A DNA stretch of 64,000 bases from Octopus sinensis (taxonomy: Eukaryota). The notes below the pieces were generated by a model. It did not search any database, had not been told where the DNA came from, and was given only the letters and a program-made list of their open reading frames with translations. Made by a program: the position numbers and the translations under genes. Shown here in pieces: positions 13,091 through 25,249 of the stretch. The stretch covers positions 139,934,001-139,998,000 of the forward strand of contig NC_042999.1 of assembly GCF_006345805.1 (NCBI RefSeq). The letters run 5' to 3'. How positions within the stretch are numbered: position 1 is the first letter of the stretch; each line of letters starts with the position of its first letter.

Positions 13091-13789
13091 CATCTTTCGA
13101 TTCTAATTTTATGCTTCAGAGGTTTATAGGAGCAACAATGTTGTACCAGATGGTTCAATAAGGGACATCCTGTTATAAATAGGTATTATTTTGTGAGTAA
13201 TCCCCACTGGATGTCATGATACGTGTGACAGTGTGACAACCTACAAACAAGAGAATGTTAGTGTGTGTGTGTGTGTGTGTGCATGCGCGTGCACATGTGT
13301 GTGTATGTGTGTATGAGAGAAAGAAAGAGAAAGAGAGAGAGAGGGTATGTGGTGGGGTATTCAATAATGCTTCCTACTATAAGTACAAGGGCCTGAAATT
13401 ATGGGGAAGAGGACTAGTCGATTGTATCAACACCATTGTCCAACTCGTACTTATTTTATCGACCTCAGAAGAAAGAAAGACAAAGTTCAGTTCCTCAGCG
13501 GAATTTGGAAGAAAGCTGGAAGAAATTCCATAAGTTGTTTGTCCGGAGTACAAAACGATTCTGCATGCTAACGCTTGCGTTCAATAATGAAAGCAAATAA
13601 TTCATGCAGTTCGGTGGAAAAGATATTGCAATAAAAGGAAATGGTGACGGAAAGGAAATAAGAATGATGGAGACTAAAGGGGTGGGGAGGAAGAGGAGTG
13701 ATCAGTAAATGAATCTGTATTTTTTATATATCACATAACTGGTAATAGGGAAGACCCAGCCAGTGTTGCGTATTATTGTTTTGTAGCGG

Positions 13790-13925
13790 TCGATTGATAG
13801 AATCGTTAGAGCATCGGATAGAATGTTTTATGGTATTGGTCCTGAGTTCAGATCCCACATAGGTAAAATATACTTTTCATCCTTTTGAGGTCGATAAATA
13901 AATACCAGTCAATTACTGGGACCAG
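13790..13925 (+). mobile_element. Decayed SINE-B fragment
   Basis: gaatcgttagagc...ctgagttcagatccc...cttttcatccttttgaggtcgataaata.ataccag matches the SINE-B head and body. Confidence 0.6.
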
Positions 13926-13961
13926 TTCGTCTTCTCTCTCTCTCTCTCTCCTTTCTGTCTT

Positions 13962-13992
<31 letters not shown>

Positions 13993-14199
13993 CACACACA
14001 CACACACACCACACACACACACACGCACACACAACTTCATCTCTGGAAGAAATTAATCGTGTTTAAACCTGGAGAAGGATAGTTTCGACCAAGTTTAAAA
14101 CACTTAAGATGCGCCGAATGTTGCTGCGACTCCATCAAGGAGCTGACGCCCCAGAGAAAGAAACTGCTTAAGATCCATCGGTCAGTGTGATCAGACTTA

Positions 14200-14603
14200 T
14201 GTTTCTGCGGCCATGCTGGGATTGTCGAACAAATCGATCGCAGTATTTGATTTGTCTAGAGTTTGGTACCTGTTCTATTGTGTCCTTTTGCCGAACTGCT
14301 AAGTTACAGGCTCGCAAACAAACCAACACCAGTTGTCAAGCGGTGGTGGAGGACAAACACAAACACAAAGATACACATATACATGCACACACGCACACAC
14401 ACACACACACACACATATTTATATACATATACACAGATATAAACGACGGGCTTCTTTCAGTTTCCGTCAACCAAATGCACTCTAAAGGCTTTGGTCGGTT
14501 CGGGGCTGTAGTAGAAGACACTTGCTCAAGGTGATGCACAGTGGGACTGCTCACGAAACCATCTGATGAGGAAGCAAACTTCTCACTACTCAGCCACGTC
14601 TGC
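14200..14603 (-). mobile_element. SINE-A copy (tRNA-like head, CORE-like body, internal (CA)n)
   Basis: Matches the copy at 46043-46440 (gcggccatgctgg...gaagacacttgctcaaggtg...cagccac). Confidence 0.85.
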
Positions 14604-15496
14604 TTTGATTTAGTTACTTGGTCATAGCTTATCTTATTATCTAATTTCAAAATATTTCATAGACCCTAAGACGCCGTTTTTTTTTTACCACCTTCTTATC
14701 AGCTCGATGTCCTGGATTCGTTTCAAACGGTGTTTCTTTTTTTTTTTGTACCGCGTAAATCGCTTTGCGAAAATGTGAGAAATTAACTTTTGTCAGTGAG
14801 TAGACCAGATTGAATCGAGTATATTCTTGTTACTATTTTATCAACTCTCATTCCAAAACTATGGCCAAAATCCTGATAGAAGACAGCGGTGTTGTGACTG
14901 CCGATGGACTTTGAGATACGAATGACAGAAGATGATGTGTGACACGTCTTACATTGCGCTCGACGTGAGTGAAAGTTGTGGCCGACAGATGATGAGAGTA
15001 ATGAAATGTAAAGTCAACTTCAGGGTGATAAGAACTTAGAATGACACTCAACAATTTCCGCCAACTTTGCAACGTTTTACTCATCTTTCTGTTTCTCTGT
15101 TAGTCTGCATAGCCCTGTATTAGCTGCAAAGGAATACTAATCACCAACTTGAGGAAGGTAATGTACAGGATTAAGCATCAGCACTCAGGCAGTCTCAGGA
15201 ACCGATACTTACAGTTTCAAGTTTATAACATTTTGGAACTTACATTCCCCGGGGGAAATCTTTCTGATAAGCAGTATCTGATAAGTTAATGCTGCCCCCG
15301 GTGGATGGTGGAGATAGAAAACTGGGTAGCAACAAATCGCTGTATCTTGGCCGTTCTTATCGTCTGCTGAAGATAGTTGGATATATAAAAAAACAAACAA
15401 CACTCGTATTGTTTTACCCCTTTCTGCAGTTGGTGATGTGTAAGCGGTTAGTTCTCAACAAGCTGAGGCTGCGTTGCAGTTTCGTAATCCTAACTC

Positions 15497-15868
15497 TTTT
15501 ACTCTTTTATATGTTTCAGTCATTTGACTGCGGCTATGCTGGAGCACCGCCTTTATTCGAACAAATCGACCCCAGAACTCATTCTTTGTAAGCCTAGTAC
15601 TTATTCTATCGGTTTCTTTTGCCAGAATGCTAAGTTACGGGGACGTAAACACACCATCATCAATTGTCAAGCGATGATGGGGTGGGGGACAAACACACAT
15701 GCACACACACACACACATATATGGCAGGCTTCTTTCAGTTTCTGTCTACCAAATCCACTCACAACGCTTTGGTCGGACCGAGGCTACAGTAGAAGACACT
15801 TGCTCGGGGTGTCACTGACTCCGGAACCATGTGGTTGGTAAGCAAGCCACTTACTACACAGCCACGGA
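15497..15868 (-). mobile_element. SINE-A copy
   Basis: tttcagtcatttgactgcggctatgctggagcaccgcc...ccaaatccactcac...cacagccac; internal (CA)n. Confidence 0.88.
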
Positions 15869-15914
15869 TATATTCTTATTTCATCTCTGGAAAAACATAA
15901 ACCGCAGACAATAA

Positions 15915-15973
15915 AAATGTATGTATGTATGTATGTATGTATGTATGTATGTATGTATGTATGTATGTATGTA

Positions 15974-16018
<45 letters not shown>

Positions 16019-16036
16019 TGTGTGTGTGTGTGTGTA
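15915..16036. repeat. (GTAT)n-(GT)n microsatellite
   Basis: Visible run. Confidence 0.95.
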
Positions 16037-16311
16037 TGTTCTAAGTCGTAGACCATAACACAAGGCAACTAGCTAACTGAAATTTTACATAGGGATAGAG
16101 CTTTTTTTTTTTTAAGCGGTCATAACGTAACAATTTCTGAAATTTCTTCATATTAGCTTCTGACAAAAACCAAGAATATTGTATAGTGCCAAGTACTGCA
16201 ATAGATATTGGAAAAATTTACTGATTAAAAGAAAAATGAATTTAAAGTAATTATGTAAATTAGTACAGTTTTTCTTTAAAAAAAAAAGGAGAAAAGAAAA
16301 GAAAAGAAAAA

Positions 16312-18140
16312 AGAAAGTTCGGGCTGAGCCTTGGCTTCCTCAGGTGGATTATCCAAATTTATGACAACATCGACTCGGTAGTTCGGGTGAACGGCTTCTT
16401 GTCGAAGCCGTTCAAAATCAAACGCTCGGTTCGTCAAGGGTGTCCGCTCTCCCCGCTTTTGTACGTGATGGCTCTTGAGCCATTACTGCGAAAACTGAGC
16501 GGCATCCCGAGACAGCCAGGTAATGGAAAATCAGTGTCAGCGTACGCGGACGACATCACCATCATCGTAACCGAAATGGACCACCTATGTAAAGTAGGCA
16601 AGGCCATAGAGGATTACGAGACGGTGACAGGAGCAAAAGTTAATCGCGAAAAGTCAGTCGGCTTGCAACTCGGCACCTGGAGAGGCAAGTCGATGCCTCC
16701 TGACAGCGTCGTGGGACGTTGGACGGAGGGTCCGATTAAACTGCTAGGGGTCTGGTTCGGTCCAGACCTCCAAATAGAGAAGAATTGGGGCGAGGTGACG
16801 AGCAAGGTGGCTGCAGTAGCCAAGACCTGGTCTTGGCGGTGGCTATCCCTGAAAGGGAGGGCGGAGGTGGCCAATGTGTTTATCGCATCGGTTATCACCT
16901 ACCGCCTTTCCGTCGTTCCATGCCCTGATTCGTGGTTGATCAAGTTGGAAAGACAGCTCTTCTACTTCTTGTGGAAGGGCGGGAAACCATTTGTGAAACG
17001 CTCTACTTGCTGTCAACAACCGTTAAAGGGTGGGCTAGGGATGCCTTGGCTGATGATGCGCAAACATGCGCTGAGGTTAAGACATCTGTGGCTCTACCTG
17101 GATGGTGAACGGGTGTGGTCTTCGCTAGCAAAACTGATGTTTCCCAAGTTCACTAGTTTCGGTGGATGGGAAACCTGGTTGAATCGTAGATCGAAACTGG
17201 GCACATGGTATACGGAGTGTCGCAAGGCTCTCCTGCTATTCCGTCGCTCGGGCAACGCCTGCGGTGGGGGTTCCACCACATTCTTCTATAGAGGGTTGGT
17301 AGAGGCGAAATGTGAAGACACCTTGGGGGAAACCCTAGGTCTCGACGATAATCAGCTGGCCAGTCTGTTCCGACGTACGTTCAAGCCGAAGACACTGGAC
17401 AACTTCCAGAAGTCTCTGGCATGGCAATGCTACAGAGGAGCTCTACCTGTTCGGGATAAACTCGCAAGGCACGGTGGCCAAGACAGTCCGATGTGTCCAA
17501 GATGCGGGCGGGATAGGGAAACCGTCCCGCACGCTATTGTTCATTGTTCGGTCGTGTCTGAGGTGTGGGTTTATGCCGAACAGCTGTTGTCAAGCACACG
17601 AAGAGTACAGCTGTCGACTGAGTGTATTAAAAAAATTGACCCACCAGATTTCCTCGCGAAAGAAGGTAAGAATTGTTTTCTCGTTGTGGTAGCAATTGCG
17701 AAAGAGGTGATATGGAAGACGAGAATGAAAGGTATACGGTCAGGCAAGTTCATATCCGGCCCTGGGTTGATGAATTACTTCATCTTCCACCTGAAAAGGA
17801 AGATAGGGCTGGAGAGAAAATGCCTGACTAAAAGAGTGTATGAAGAACGATGGAAGGATGTAGCACGGAAGTTGCGAATGGATGACACCACATAAATGTA
17901 AGTCAGGACGAAACCAAAGTATCAGTGGTGAGGCGGGGCTCGTGGGGTCCGAGCTGAACCCGCCCCCACTCCACCTGTAATGTCTTCCGGTCTGTTATTC
18001 ATTCGATTTTATAATTTTTGCATTTTTGTGAATTTTTGAATTTTTAATCTCATCTTTTTTGTAACCCCATCCGAGAATCTGACCCCACATCAGGTTGTAT
18101 CGTCCCCTCTTTGTTAGCCCCTTGTGGTTAATAAAAAAAA
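16312..18140 (+). mobile_element. Young 5'-truncated L1/Tx1-clade LINE
   Basis: Frame open from ~16312 (RKFGLSLGFLRWIIQIYDNIDSVVRVNG) to 17895; GC-rich 3' UTR hairpin; ends ccccttgtggttaataaaaaaaa. No clear TSD seen. Confidence 0.93.
16387..17895 (+). CDS. Truncated LINE ORF2: RT C-terminal half plus zf-RVT (CCHC) domain
   Basis: SVRQGCPLSPLLY, AYADDIT, KLLGVWFG, GGLGMP and CPRCGRDRETVPHAIVHC motifs; 502 codons without a stop. The GTG start is internal to RT, so it is not a real start. Confidence 0.9.
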   Translation: MNGFLSKPFKIKRSVRQGCPLSPLLYVMALEPLLRKLSGIPRQPGNGKSVSAYADDITIIVTEMDHLCKVGKAIEDYETVTGAKVNREKSVGLQLGTWRGKSMPPDSVVGRWTEGPIKLLGVWFGPDLQIEKNWGEVTSKVAAVAKTWSWRWLSLKGRAEVANVFIASVITYRLSVVPCPDSWLIKLERQLFYFLWKGGKPFVKRSTCCQQPLKGGLGMPWLMMRKHALRLRHLWLYLDGERVWSSLAKLMFPKFTSFGGWETWLNRRSKLGTWYTECRKALLLFRRSGNACGGGSTTFFYRGLVEAKCEDTLGETLGLDDNQLASLFRRTFKPKTLDNFQKSLAWQCYRGALPVRDKLARHGGQDSPMCPRCGRDRETVPHAIVHCSVVSEVWVYAEQLLSSTRRVQLSTECIKKIDPPDFLAKEGKNCFLVVVAIAKEVIWKTRMKGIRSGKFISGPGLMNYFIFHLKRKIGLERKCLTKRVYEERWKDVARKLRMDDTT

Positions 18141-19489
18141 CCATCTATTGAATTGCAGCAATTCTTAGTGGATTAACATTCCTGGACCAGCTGAAGAGTG
18201 CCAACATTTTCTAAAGGTAATTTATCCAAAATCATAATGAATTTATTTGATTGTAATTATTTTACTGCACGTACTGTTCTAATAACCCCAGGTAAAGTCG
18301 GATACGGTTGCTAGTTCTATATAACTCAAATGTGTCATGTCTATGGATGAATACATTGTCGTGTTACCTGGTCTTTTCCTTCCCTAGCAATCAGTTTCCA
18401 AAGGGTTAAATTAGATGGGAAAGTATTATACTCAAAACACAATTATTACCTGATGTTAGATATGAACTTACAATTTTCGAGACGTGTTGAAAATTACTTT
18501 GATTATTGTGTTTCTGTTGATAAGATTATCAACCTGTTGCTTGAAAATATTCTATGGATTTGTCTTACAGTTAAAGCTCCTTATTTGCAAGCTTTCAAGC
18601 TTCCATTGCTGAAAACATCAACAACAACATACACATACAGAAACATACGCACTGCAATTATTAAATGGATAAAATGTTGATTTCTTGGTTGGAGTTATCC
18701 GTTCCTTCATATGTTCCGATCTCGTCACTCAAAAAAAGATACTGAAAATTTTATTTTCTCCCGTTAAGCAGGAGAGTAGGTAAGAATGCATATGCAGGAG
18801 TGAAGTGAAGTGGAGAAGACAAGCTGGCAGATCTAAGATGCACGTTTAACTAAGTGAGGAAGAGGGAGGGGAGAGAGAGAGAGAGAGACTCTGTGTGTGT
18901 ATAAATGGGGAAAAAAATGAAAATGAAAAAACAGAAAAGATGGAGTAAGAAAGAAATATAATAGAAAAAGAGAGATGGGGACCAAATGAAAGAGAGAGAC
19001 CCGAATTTACTGGAAACGAGCGTAAAATGTCGGTATCAGATCCTTTACACATTCGAATGTAGAACAACCTGAACAATGTATAAAATTTGGCATCATACAA
19101 TTCGCATTTCTCTTTCTTACAAGACTCTCTAAAGGCTTTTAACTCACTTTGTTTTTGTGAAATATTTTCAAGCAATAAACAATTTGAGAGAAAAAAATAC
19201 ATTATGAATAAAACTGATAAAAAAAAAATGGAGGCTATAAATACATTTTTTCTTCTTAATTCCCCACCACTCATATTTTGGCAATCATGTATATGGTTTC
19301 GCGATATCTTCACATGGTATTCAGAACTCGCATATGCCACCACCACTCTCTCTCTCTTTCTCCCCCCCACCCACACGTACTCTGCTCACTCTGAGCGGAT
19401 AAAAACGAAACGACGTGGAGAGTTAATTTGGTTTTATACTCAAACAGTTAGTAGAGGTACGGTCAGAAAGACATAGAAAAGAGAGTGAA

Positions 19490-19998
19490 AAAGGACACAA
19501 AATGCCCTTACACCTCAACTTCGTCGACTTTCAAGCTGCCTTCGATGCGATTTAGGAAAAGGTCTTATAGAAGGTAATAACAGAAATAAGTGCACGCCGG
19601 AAGATAGTGCAAATCAGAGACGCGTTATACAACACTTTCGTAAGTGCTATGTTCGTGAATAGTTAGCCGAATACGTGTGAGTCTGAGGTAATGTTAACTG
19701 CTTTCCTTCAGCCTTTCCGACGTCTTCCTGACATGTGTTATGAAAGAACTGAAAAACTTGGATAAAAGCCTAGTATTTGTTGGAGTCCTCCTCATAGATA
19801 TTAGAAAAACTAACGATACAATCCTAATATCGACGATCTTTGCAAAATTGAATATATTCATTGTATTGTTAAACGAAGTATAAAAAAAAAATGGGGCATG
19901 GAACTTAATGACGTGTATTGCAAGATACTTTCACCTAGCATGGAAATAATCAAACTAGATGATTCTGAATTAGAATAGGTCACAAAATTTGTTTTTCG
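19490..19998 (+). mobile_element. RTE-clade LINE RT relic
   Basis: PLHLNFVDFQAAFDAI*, KWGMELN and KFVF-GS remnants with frameshifts. Confidence 0.7.
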
Positions 19999-20006
19999 GA
20001 AGTATA

Positions 20007-20223
20007 CGATGGGGTGCTGAAAAGTTCCTGGCTTTGGGTAAAAGAAAATACAGGAGGATCAGTTAATTATGATTTTATACAACACATTCCCCTCTCAGAT
20101 TCACACACTTGTTGCAACAGTCCTTCAGTTTTTCTAAGCCCTGTAAAAGACTCGGAAGTTTGGGCCTACAACCAGGCCTTTCGCAATATTCTTAAGGCCA
20201 GGAACTTTTCAGCAACCCCATCG
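20007..20223. mobile_element. Mariner-derived MITE
   Basis: TIRs cgatggggtgctgaaaagttcctggc / gccaggaacttttcagcaaccccatcg; TA on the left, CA on the right. Confidence 0.85.
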
Positions 20224-20254
20224 CAGTTCCAAATGGATCAGAAGACGTGAAAAT

Positions 20255-20830
20255 ATGATCCACACTAATATGTACAGTATTTGGGAAAACTTAGAAATAG
20301 GATGGTGATATTGCCTTACTTGTAGATTAGATATTCGCGAGACGTTTATTGAATCCTTACAAACACACGTATGTTCCATCGTTGCCCCAGAAATTGAATG
20401 CAGAATCAGATCTAGAAAAGGCTCTATATATATGATCTTTAGACGTTAGAGAGTGGCAAGAGAAGTGTATAGAACAGACTCCTCTTTTATCAAGTGTTTG
20501 TAGATTTCACGAAGGCCTTTGATAAAGAGAATCGAAATGCACTATGGAAGATCTTGGGAAAGTTAGGCTACCCATCTAAATTTGTTCGTGTTTGCCCAAC
20601 TACAAACTGATGCAAAAGCTTACTTCATCTCAAATGATGCTCTGTTGGAACCAATCGCTATGAACAATCGTGTTAAGTAGAAGGGTATATTTGCGCCTAC
20701 TTTGTTTTCTATAGACTTTGCTGTCGTAATTGTTCATGTATTTAAGGACTATGATCTTGGCATACTTGTCCGCTATCGCACAATAGGTAAACTTCTTAAA
20801 CTGAATCGTTTCAAAGCTAAATCGAAAGCT
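20255..20830 (+). mobile_element. RTE-BovB-like LINE RT relic
   Basis: QVFVDFTKAFDKENRNALWKILGKLGYPSKFV and IFAPTLFSIDFAVV...FKDYDLGILVRYRTIGKLLKLNRFKAKSK. Confidence 0.85.
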
Positions 20831-20847
20831 TACATAACTCTAATCTT

Positions 20848-21064
20848 TATCTTTTACTTGTTTCAGTCATTAGATTGCGGCCATGCTGAGACATGCTTTA
20901 AAGAATCTTTAGTCGAACGAATCTACTCCAGTACTTATGTTTTAAAGCCTGGTACTTATTCTATCCGTCTCTCTTGCCAAACCTCAAAGTTATGAGGATG
21001 TGAGCACACCAACACCGGTTGTCAAGCGGTGGCGGGAGAAACAGATACAAAAACAAACACAAAG

Positions 21065-21099
<35 letters not shown>

Positions 21100-21237
21100 C
21101 ACACACACATACACCACGCTTCTTTCAATTTCTATCTACCAAATCCACTCACAAGGCTTTAGTCGGCCCGCAATGGGACTGAACCCAGACCATATGGTTG
21201 GGAAGCAAGCTTCTTACCACGCAGCCACGACTACACC
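20848..21237 (-). mobile_element. SINE-A copy
   Basis: cttttacttgtttcagtcattagattgcggccatgctg...(CA)n...ccaaatccactcacaaggc...gcagccac. Confidence 0.88.
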
Positions 21238-21799
21238 GAAACTGATGATTGTCTTTGAGGCTCACTTGGTGCAAGATATTTAGAAAATAATGAACTTTTT
21301 CTCCTTTTCCTGTACTACTTTTAGCTTTACAATAATCTTGAAGAAAATCTGTGGTGGTGTTTACGCTTGTTACAGATGAGCCGTATGTGGAATTAAATAT
21401 ATTTGTTCATATGAGTTGATATAGTGAATTTTTGTTGTGTTTCTCGACAGCTTCGTCTATAGTAATGAAACTCTAGATTCTGAGAATAAGTTGAAAATTC
21501 AATGGGCTTCAATCGCGTTTAGGACACCGCAAAAATGAATATGGTCAGAGAGGATCTTAAAAATTGCCACCACAGTTTGCAAATCCCTGTTATACTCGTC
21601 TGAGACAGGGACGCTATATTGATATCCGAAAAATTTTAAGAGAAGTGTTTGAAACATTAAATATCAATTGTAAATCTTTTATACCTAACACTGGAAAGGG
21701 CGGACTGTCTTGGTATGGAAAGTTGCTTTATGAACTACATATATATATATACGATAGGTTGGTTGTGTTATCCGTCTTGATTTAATGTTTCCGGAGCCA

Positions 21800-22131
21800 T
21801 TACTTAACGAAAAATTAGGTCTCGGTAGCAAATTAGAAAGGTCAATATCGTTACAAAAGACAAACTTAAATCTTTGAACATTAGATCTGTTAATTGGGGA
21901 CATCTCATATTTAACAGAAGTGAATGATGACCTGTAACCATCAGTTTGAGTCATGATTTCAAGTTTCTAATGCTATTACTTAATGAAGAATTAGGTCTCG
22001 GTAACGGTAAATGGCACCAACATGAAATGAAAAGGTCATGCCGTCAAAAAAGACAAAGTTAGATCTTTGAACATTAGCATTGTTAACTGGGGACGTTTCA
22101 CATTTAACAGAAGGGAATGATGACCTGTAAC
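21800..22131. repeat. Diverged tandem duplication (~175-bp period)
   Basis: attacttaa(c/t)gaa(a/g)aattaggtctcggta...atctttgaacattag...gaatgatgacctgtaacc occurs twice. Confidence 0.85.
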
Positions 22132-22422
22132 CTGCAGTTCGAGAAAAGTCGAATTGCCTTTGAAAAAGTGAAACGTAAAGCCCGAAATCTGTAGGGTTGA
22201 AGCACATGCATACATAAACATACTCATGCGCACACACTCGTGGTGCTCACACGCATGCACACACACACGTGAAGAGAAAAAAGGAACAAAATACAAAAAA
22301 AAAAGACGGAAGAAAATTATAATAAAAATTATGGGTATAATTAATAGTGATATCGTTTCAAGTCCACACAGATACGCGCACACGCCCTGTACAAGGCGGG
22401 TTCAGCCGGTACATCAGCCACA

Positions 22423-22655
22423 AAGGCGGCGAGCTGGTAGAAACGTTAGCACGCCGGGCGAAATGCGTAGCCGTATTTCGTCTGCCGTTACGTTCTGAGT
22501 TCAAATTCCGCCGAGGTCGACTTTGCCTTTCATCGTTTCGGAGTAGATAAATTAAGTACCAGCTACGCACTGGGGTCGATGTGATCGACTTACTCCGTTT
22601 GTCTGTCCTTGTTTGTTCCCTCTATGTTTAGCCCTTTGTGGGTAATAAAGAAACA
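22423..22655 (+). mobile_element. Full-length SINE-B (tRNA-like head, Tx1-like tail) with a 15-bp TSD
   Basis: ggtacatcagccaca at 22408-22422 and 22656-22670; B-box-like gagttcaaattcc; tail gtttagccctttgtgggtaataaagaaaca. Confidence 0.93.
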
Positions 22656-23989
22656 GGTACATCAGCCACAGTCCCGTGAATATGTGACAGGCCTCTCCAT
22701 AAGAAAATTGAACAAAAGAAAGTTAAGAAAATAGAAAATGCTCACAGCCTCCTTGAATTTTGGGAAGAGTGATGAGAATACCGAAAGCAATCTTGACGTA
22801 CATAGCAAAATTTCTCTCGGAAGCCCTGCATATATACTTAGATATTGTTTTACTTCTCACCACAAAGTTAATACTATATTTATCGTTATGTACCGTTGGT
22901 TACAAGGTGAACAAAAGTATAATGCGACCATCATGCGATCACAGCTTTCAACCGACGTAATTTTCATGTATCGAAACCTTAATATTCATTTCATTCGTGT
23001 TGTTAATTACTTCCAGTAAAGCCGTGAATAAGACTACTCATGCCTTTGCTGTTGGGGGTGGAAGTGGGAAATTAAATAATCCTATTATGAAAGCAATGAC
23101 TTTATTCGATTTTGATTTCTATTCGTGTCACTAATTTCCTGAAGAAATTAAAAAAAAAAAACACCTTTGAAGTCACACATTGAGGATTCTTATCTACGGA
23201 ATGATTCCTCGGACTGTTAATTTGTTTTTCTTTTTACTCCTTCTGTACTAAAAAACAATGTTTTGAATAGTTTACTCTTCGTTTGAGGTTAGATCATGTT
23301 CATATTCTTGTGTCCGCACTAGAATTTAACACTCATAACTTTATTTGTACTTACGTAAATAAATTACTACATTATTTGCTAGTCGAACCAATTTCATGTT
23401 TACTTTACTCCACCAATATTCTAGAGAAACCCATGAAAGTCATTATATATAATTTCAACTCAACCAGAAACCCAAGGACATGTGTCTTTGCAAAGAAATG
23501 AGTTAACATTATGCGTGATCGTGCTTGAAAATTAAAACATATCTATTTACGACAGTCAAAATCCGGTCTCTAAGTAAATAGCTGCTTGGTTCCATGTGGA
23601 CATTATTTTTTCTATTTATTCTTCTCAAAGGACAAATGTATCCATTACCAATGTTTTGCATCGTCAGCTTTATATACATACTAGTCACTGCGGTTATTGA
23701 TGAAATGGCCGACAATATATTGCAGTCTTTTCTTTTTATTATCATTGTTTTTGTTATTTCTATGTTCTTTTTCATCCTTCTTTAATTCATTTCTCCTCGG
23801 TAGGAAAAGGATCAAATTTCAGAGTTAACACACAGCGCAAGTTCTGAAATCATTTATTTATACATATCTTTGCAAGAGATAATGATCTTGTTGCTGTGTT
23901 AGCTGTTGTTGTTGTTCATGATGGCGTCAAAGATGCTGCTTTCTATTGCTGTTATTATTTTAGCTTCAATCATGGTGAGCTGAGAAAAT

Positions 23990-24170
23990 CATTAGAGAGC
24001 AGAAAAAATTACTTGTGGTATTCATCCCGGCTCAATCCAGCCAAAGTCTACTTTACAATTCGCTTCTGCCGGGTCGATAAAATAAAGCACTAGTCAAATA
24101 TTGGAGTCGATGGTATCAACTGATCTCCCACCCTCAAAATTGCTGGTCTCGTATCTAAATTAGAAATATT
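23990..24170 (+). mobile_element. Decayed SINE-B with tail B
   Basis: gggtcgataaaataaagcac...ttggagtcgatg...aaattgctggtctcgtatctaaattagaaa. Confidence 0.6.
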
Positions 24171-24629
24171 ATTATTGTTACAATGTTCGCTGTGAAAATG
24201 GAATGTCAGTTTTGCTCTTGTTTAATCCCTGAGCAGTGTTGTGATCAAAGATAGTCCAGTTCAGCTATGGTCATCCAATCTTTTAAGTGAACATATATGA
24301 CTAAATTATTCAAAATGTTCTTTCCTTTCCCAAGACATACTTCGAGGAAGATTTAGCTTCTATTTCAAGCAGGTCGAACGACCGCGTTCCATTTGAACTA
24401 AGTTCTGATGACTATTTATTCTTCAAAGTGATCATCGTAGACTTCCTTTACATTATTGTGTGTATATGTATGTATGTATGTATGTATGTGTATGTATGTA
24501 TGTATGTATGTATGTATGTATGTATGTATGTATGTATGTGTGTGAGTGTGTATGCATGTGCTTGTATGTACGTACGTGCTTATGTATTCTTGTATGTATG
24601 CATGTAAGTTTGTAAGTATGCTTGTATGT

Positions 24630-24900
24630 AAGCATGGCCTAATGGTTAGAATGTTGCACTCACGATCGCAAGATCGTGGGTTCAAATTCTGACCGATGTG
24701 GTCTTGTGTAAAGCACATCATCTCACTTTGCTCTGCGATCACTTCGACATCCGGCGCGTAGTATACGGTGCACCTGTACAGGTAATGTCGATTTGATAGA
24801 GTGAGCTAATTTACAGCATGAACATTTCATAAACAAATCATCTGTGCAGGTAGTTCAGCAAGAAATTGCAGAACCGTCTTTCTCGAACTCAAGAGACTAC
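24630..24900 (+). mobile_element. tRNA-headed SINE
   Basis: A-box-like tggcctaatggttaga and B-box-like gggttcaaattc, followed by a non-tRNA body with no CCA/acceptor stem. Confidence 0.7.
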
Positions 24901-25249
24901 CATATATATCGCGCGCGCGCGTGTGTGTGTGTGAACGTATGTATGTTTGTATGTATATCATTATTCAGTTTTATTTCAAAATTTCTTGCCAATAAGGAAG
25001 GAGCCGGTTTCTAACCTAGATTCAAGGCTCCTTCATAGCAATTTCAACAACATCAACAGGATATTTTTGTATGCATGCATGCATGTATGTATGTATGTAT
25101 GTATGTATGTATGTATGTATGTATGTATGTATGTATGTATGTATGTATGTATGTATAGGTGCAGATTTGTATAGGTGCAGATTTGTATGCTTTCTTTTAT
25201 GTATGAATTATCATACGTATAGTTGCATGTCTAGACATGCTCATATATG

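Noticed and set aside
18846-19476. 176-aa and 129-aa ORFs
   Set aside because: Low-complexity, overlapping on opposite strands, partly made of (GA)n/(CT)n tracts, with no domain signal.
21920-22200. Box C (ATGATGA) snoRNA pair in the tandem duplication
   Set aside because: No properly placed box D (CTGA) or terminal stem.
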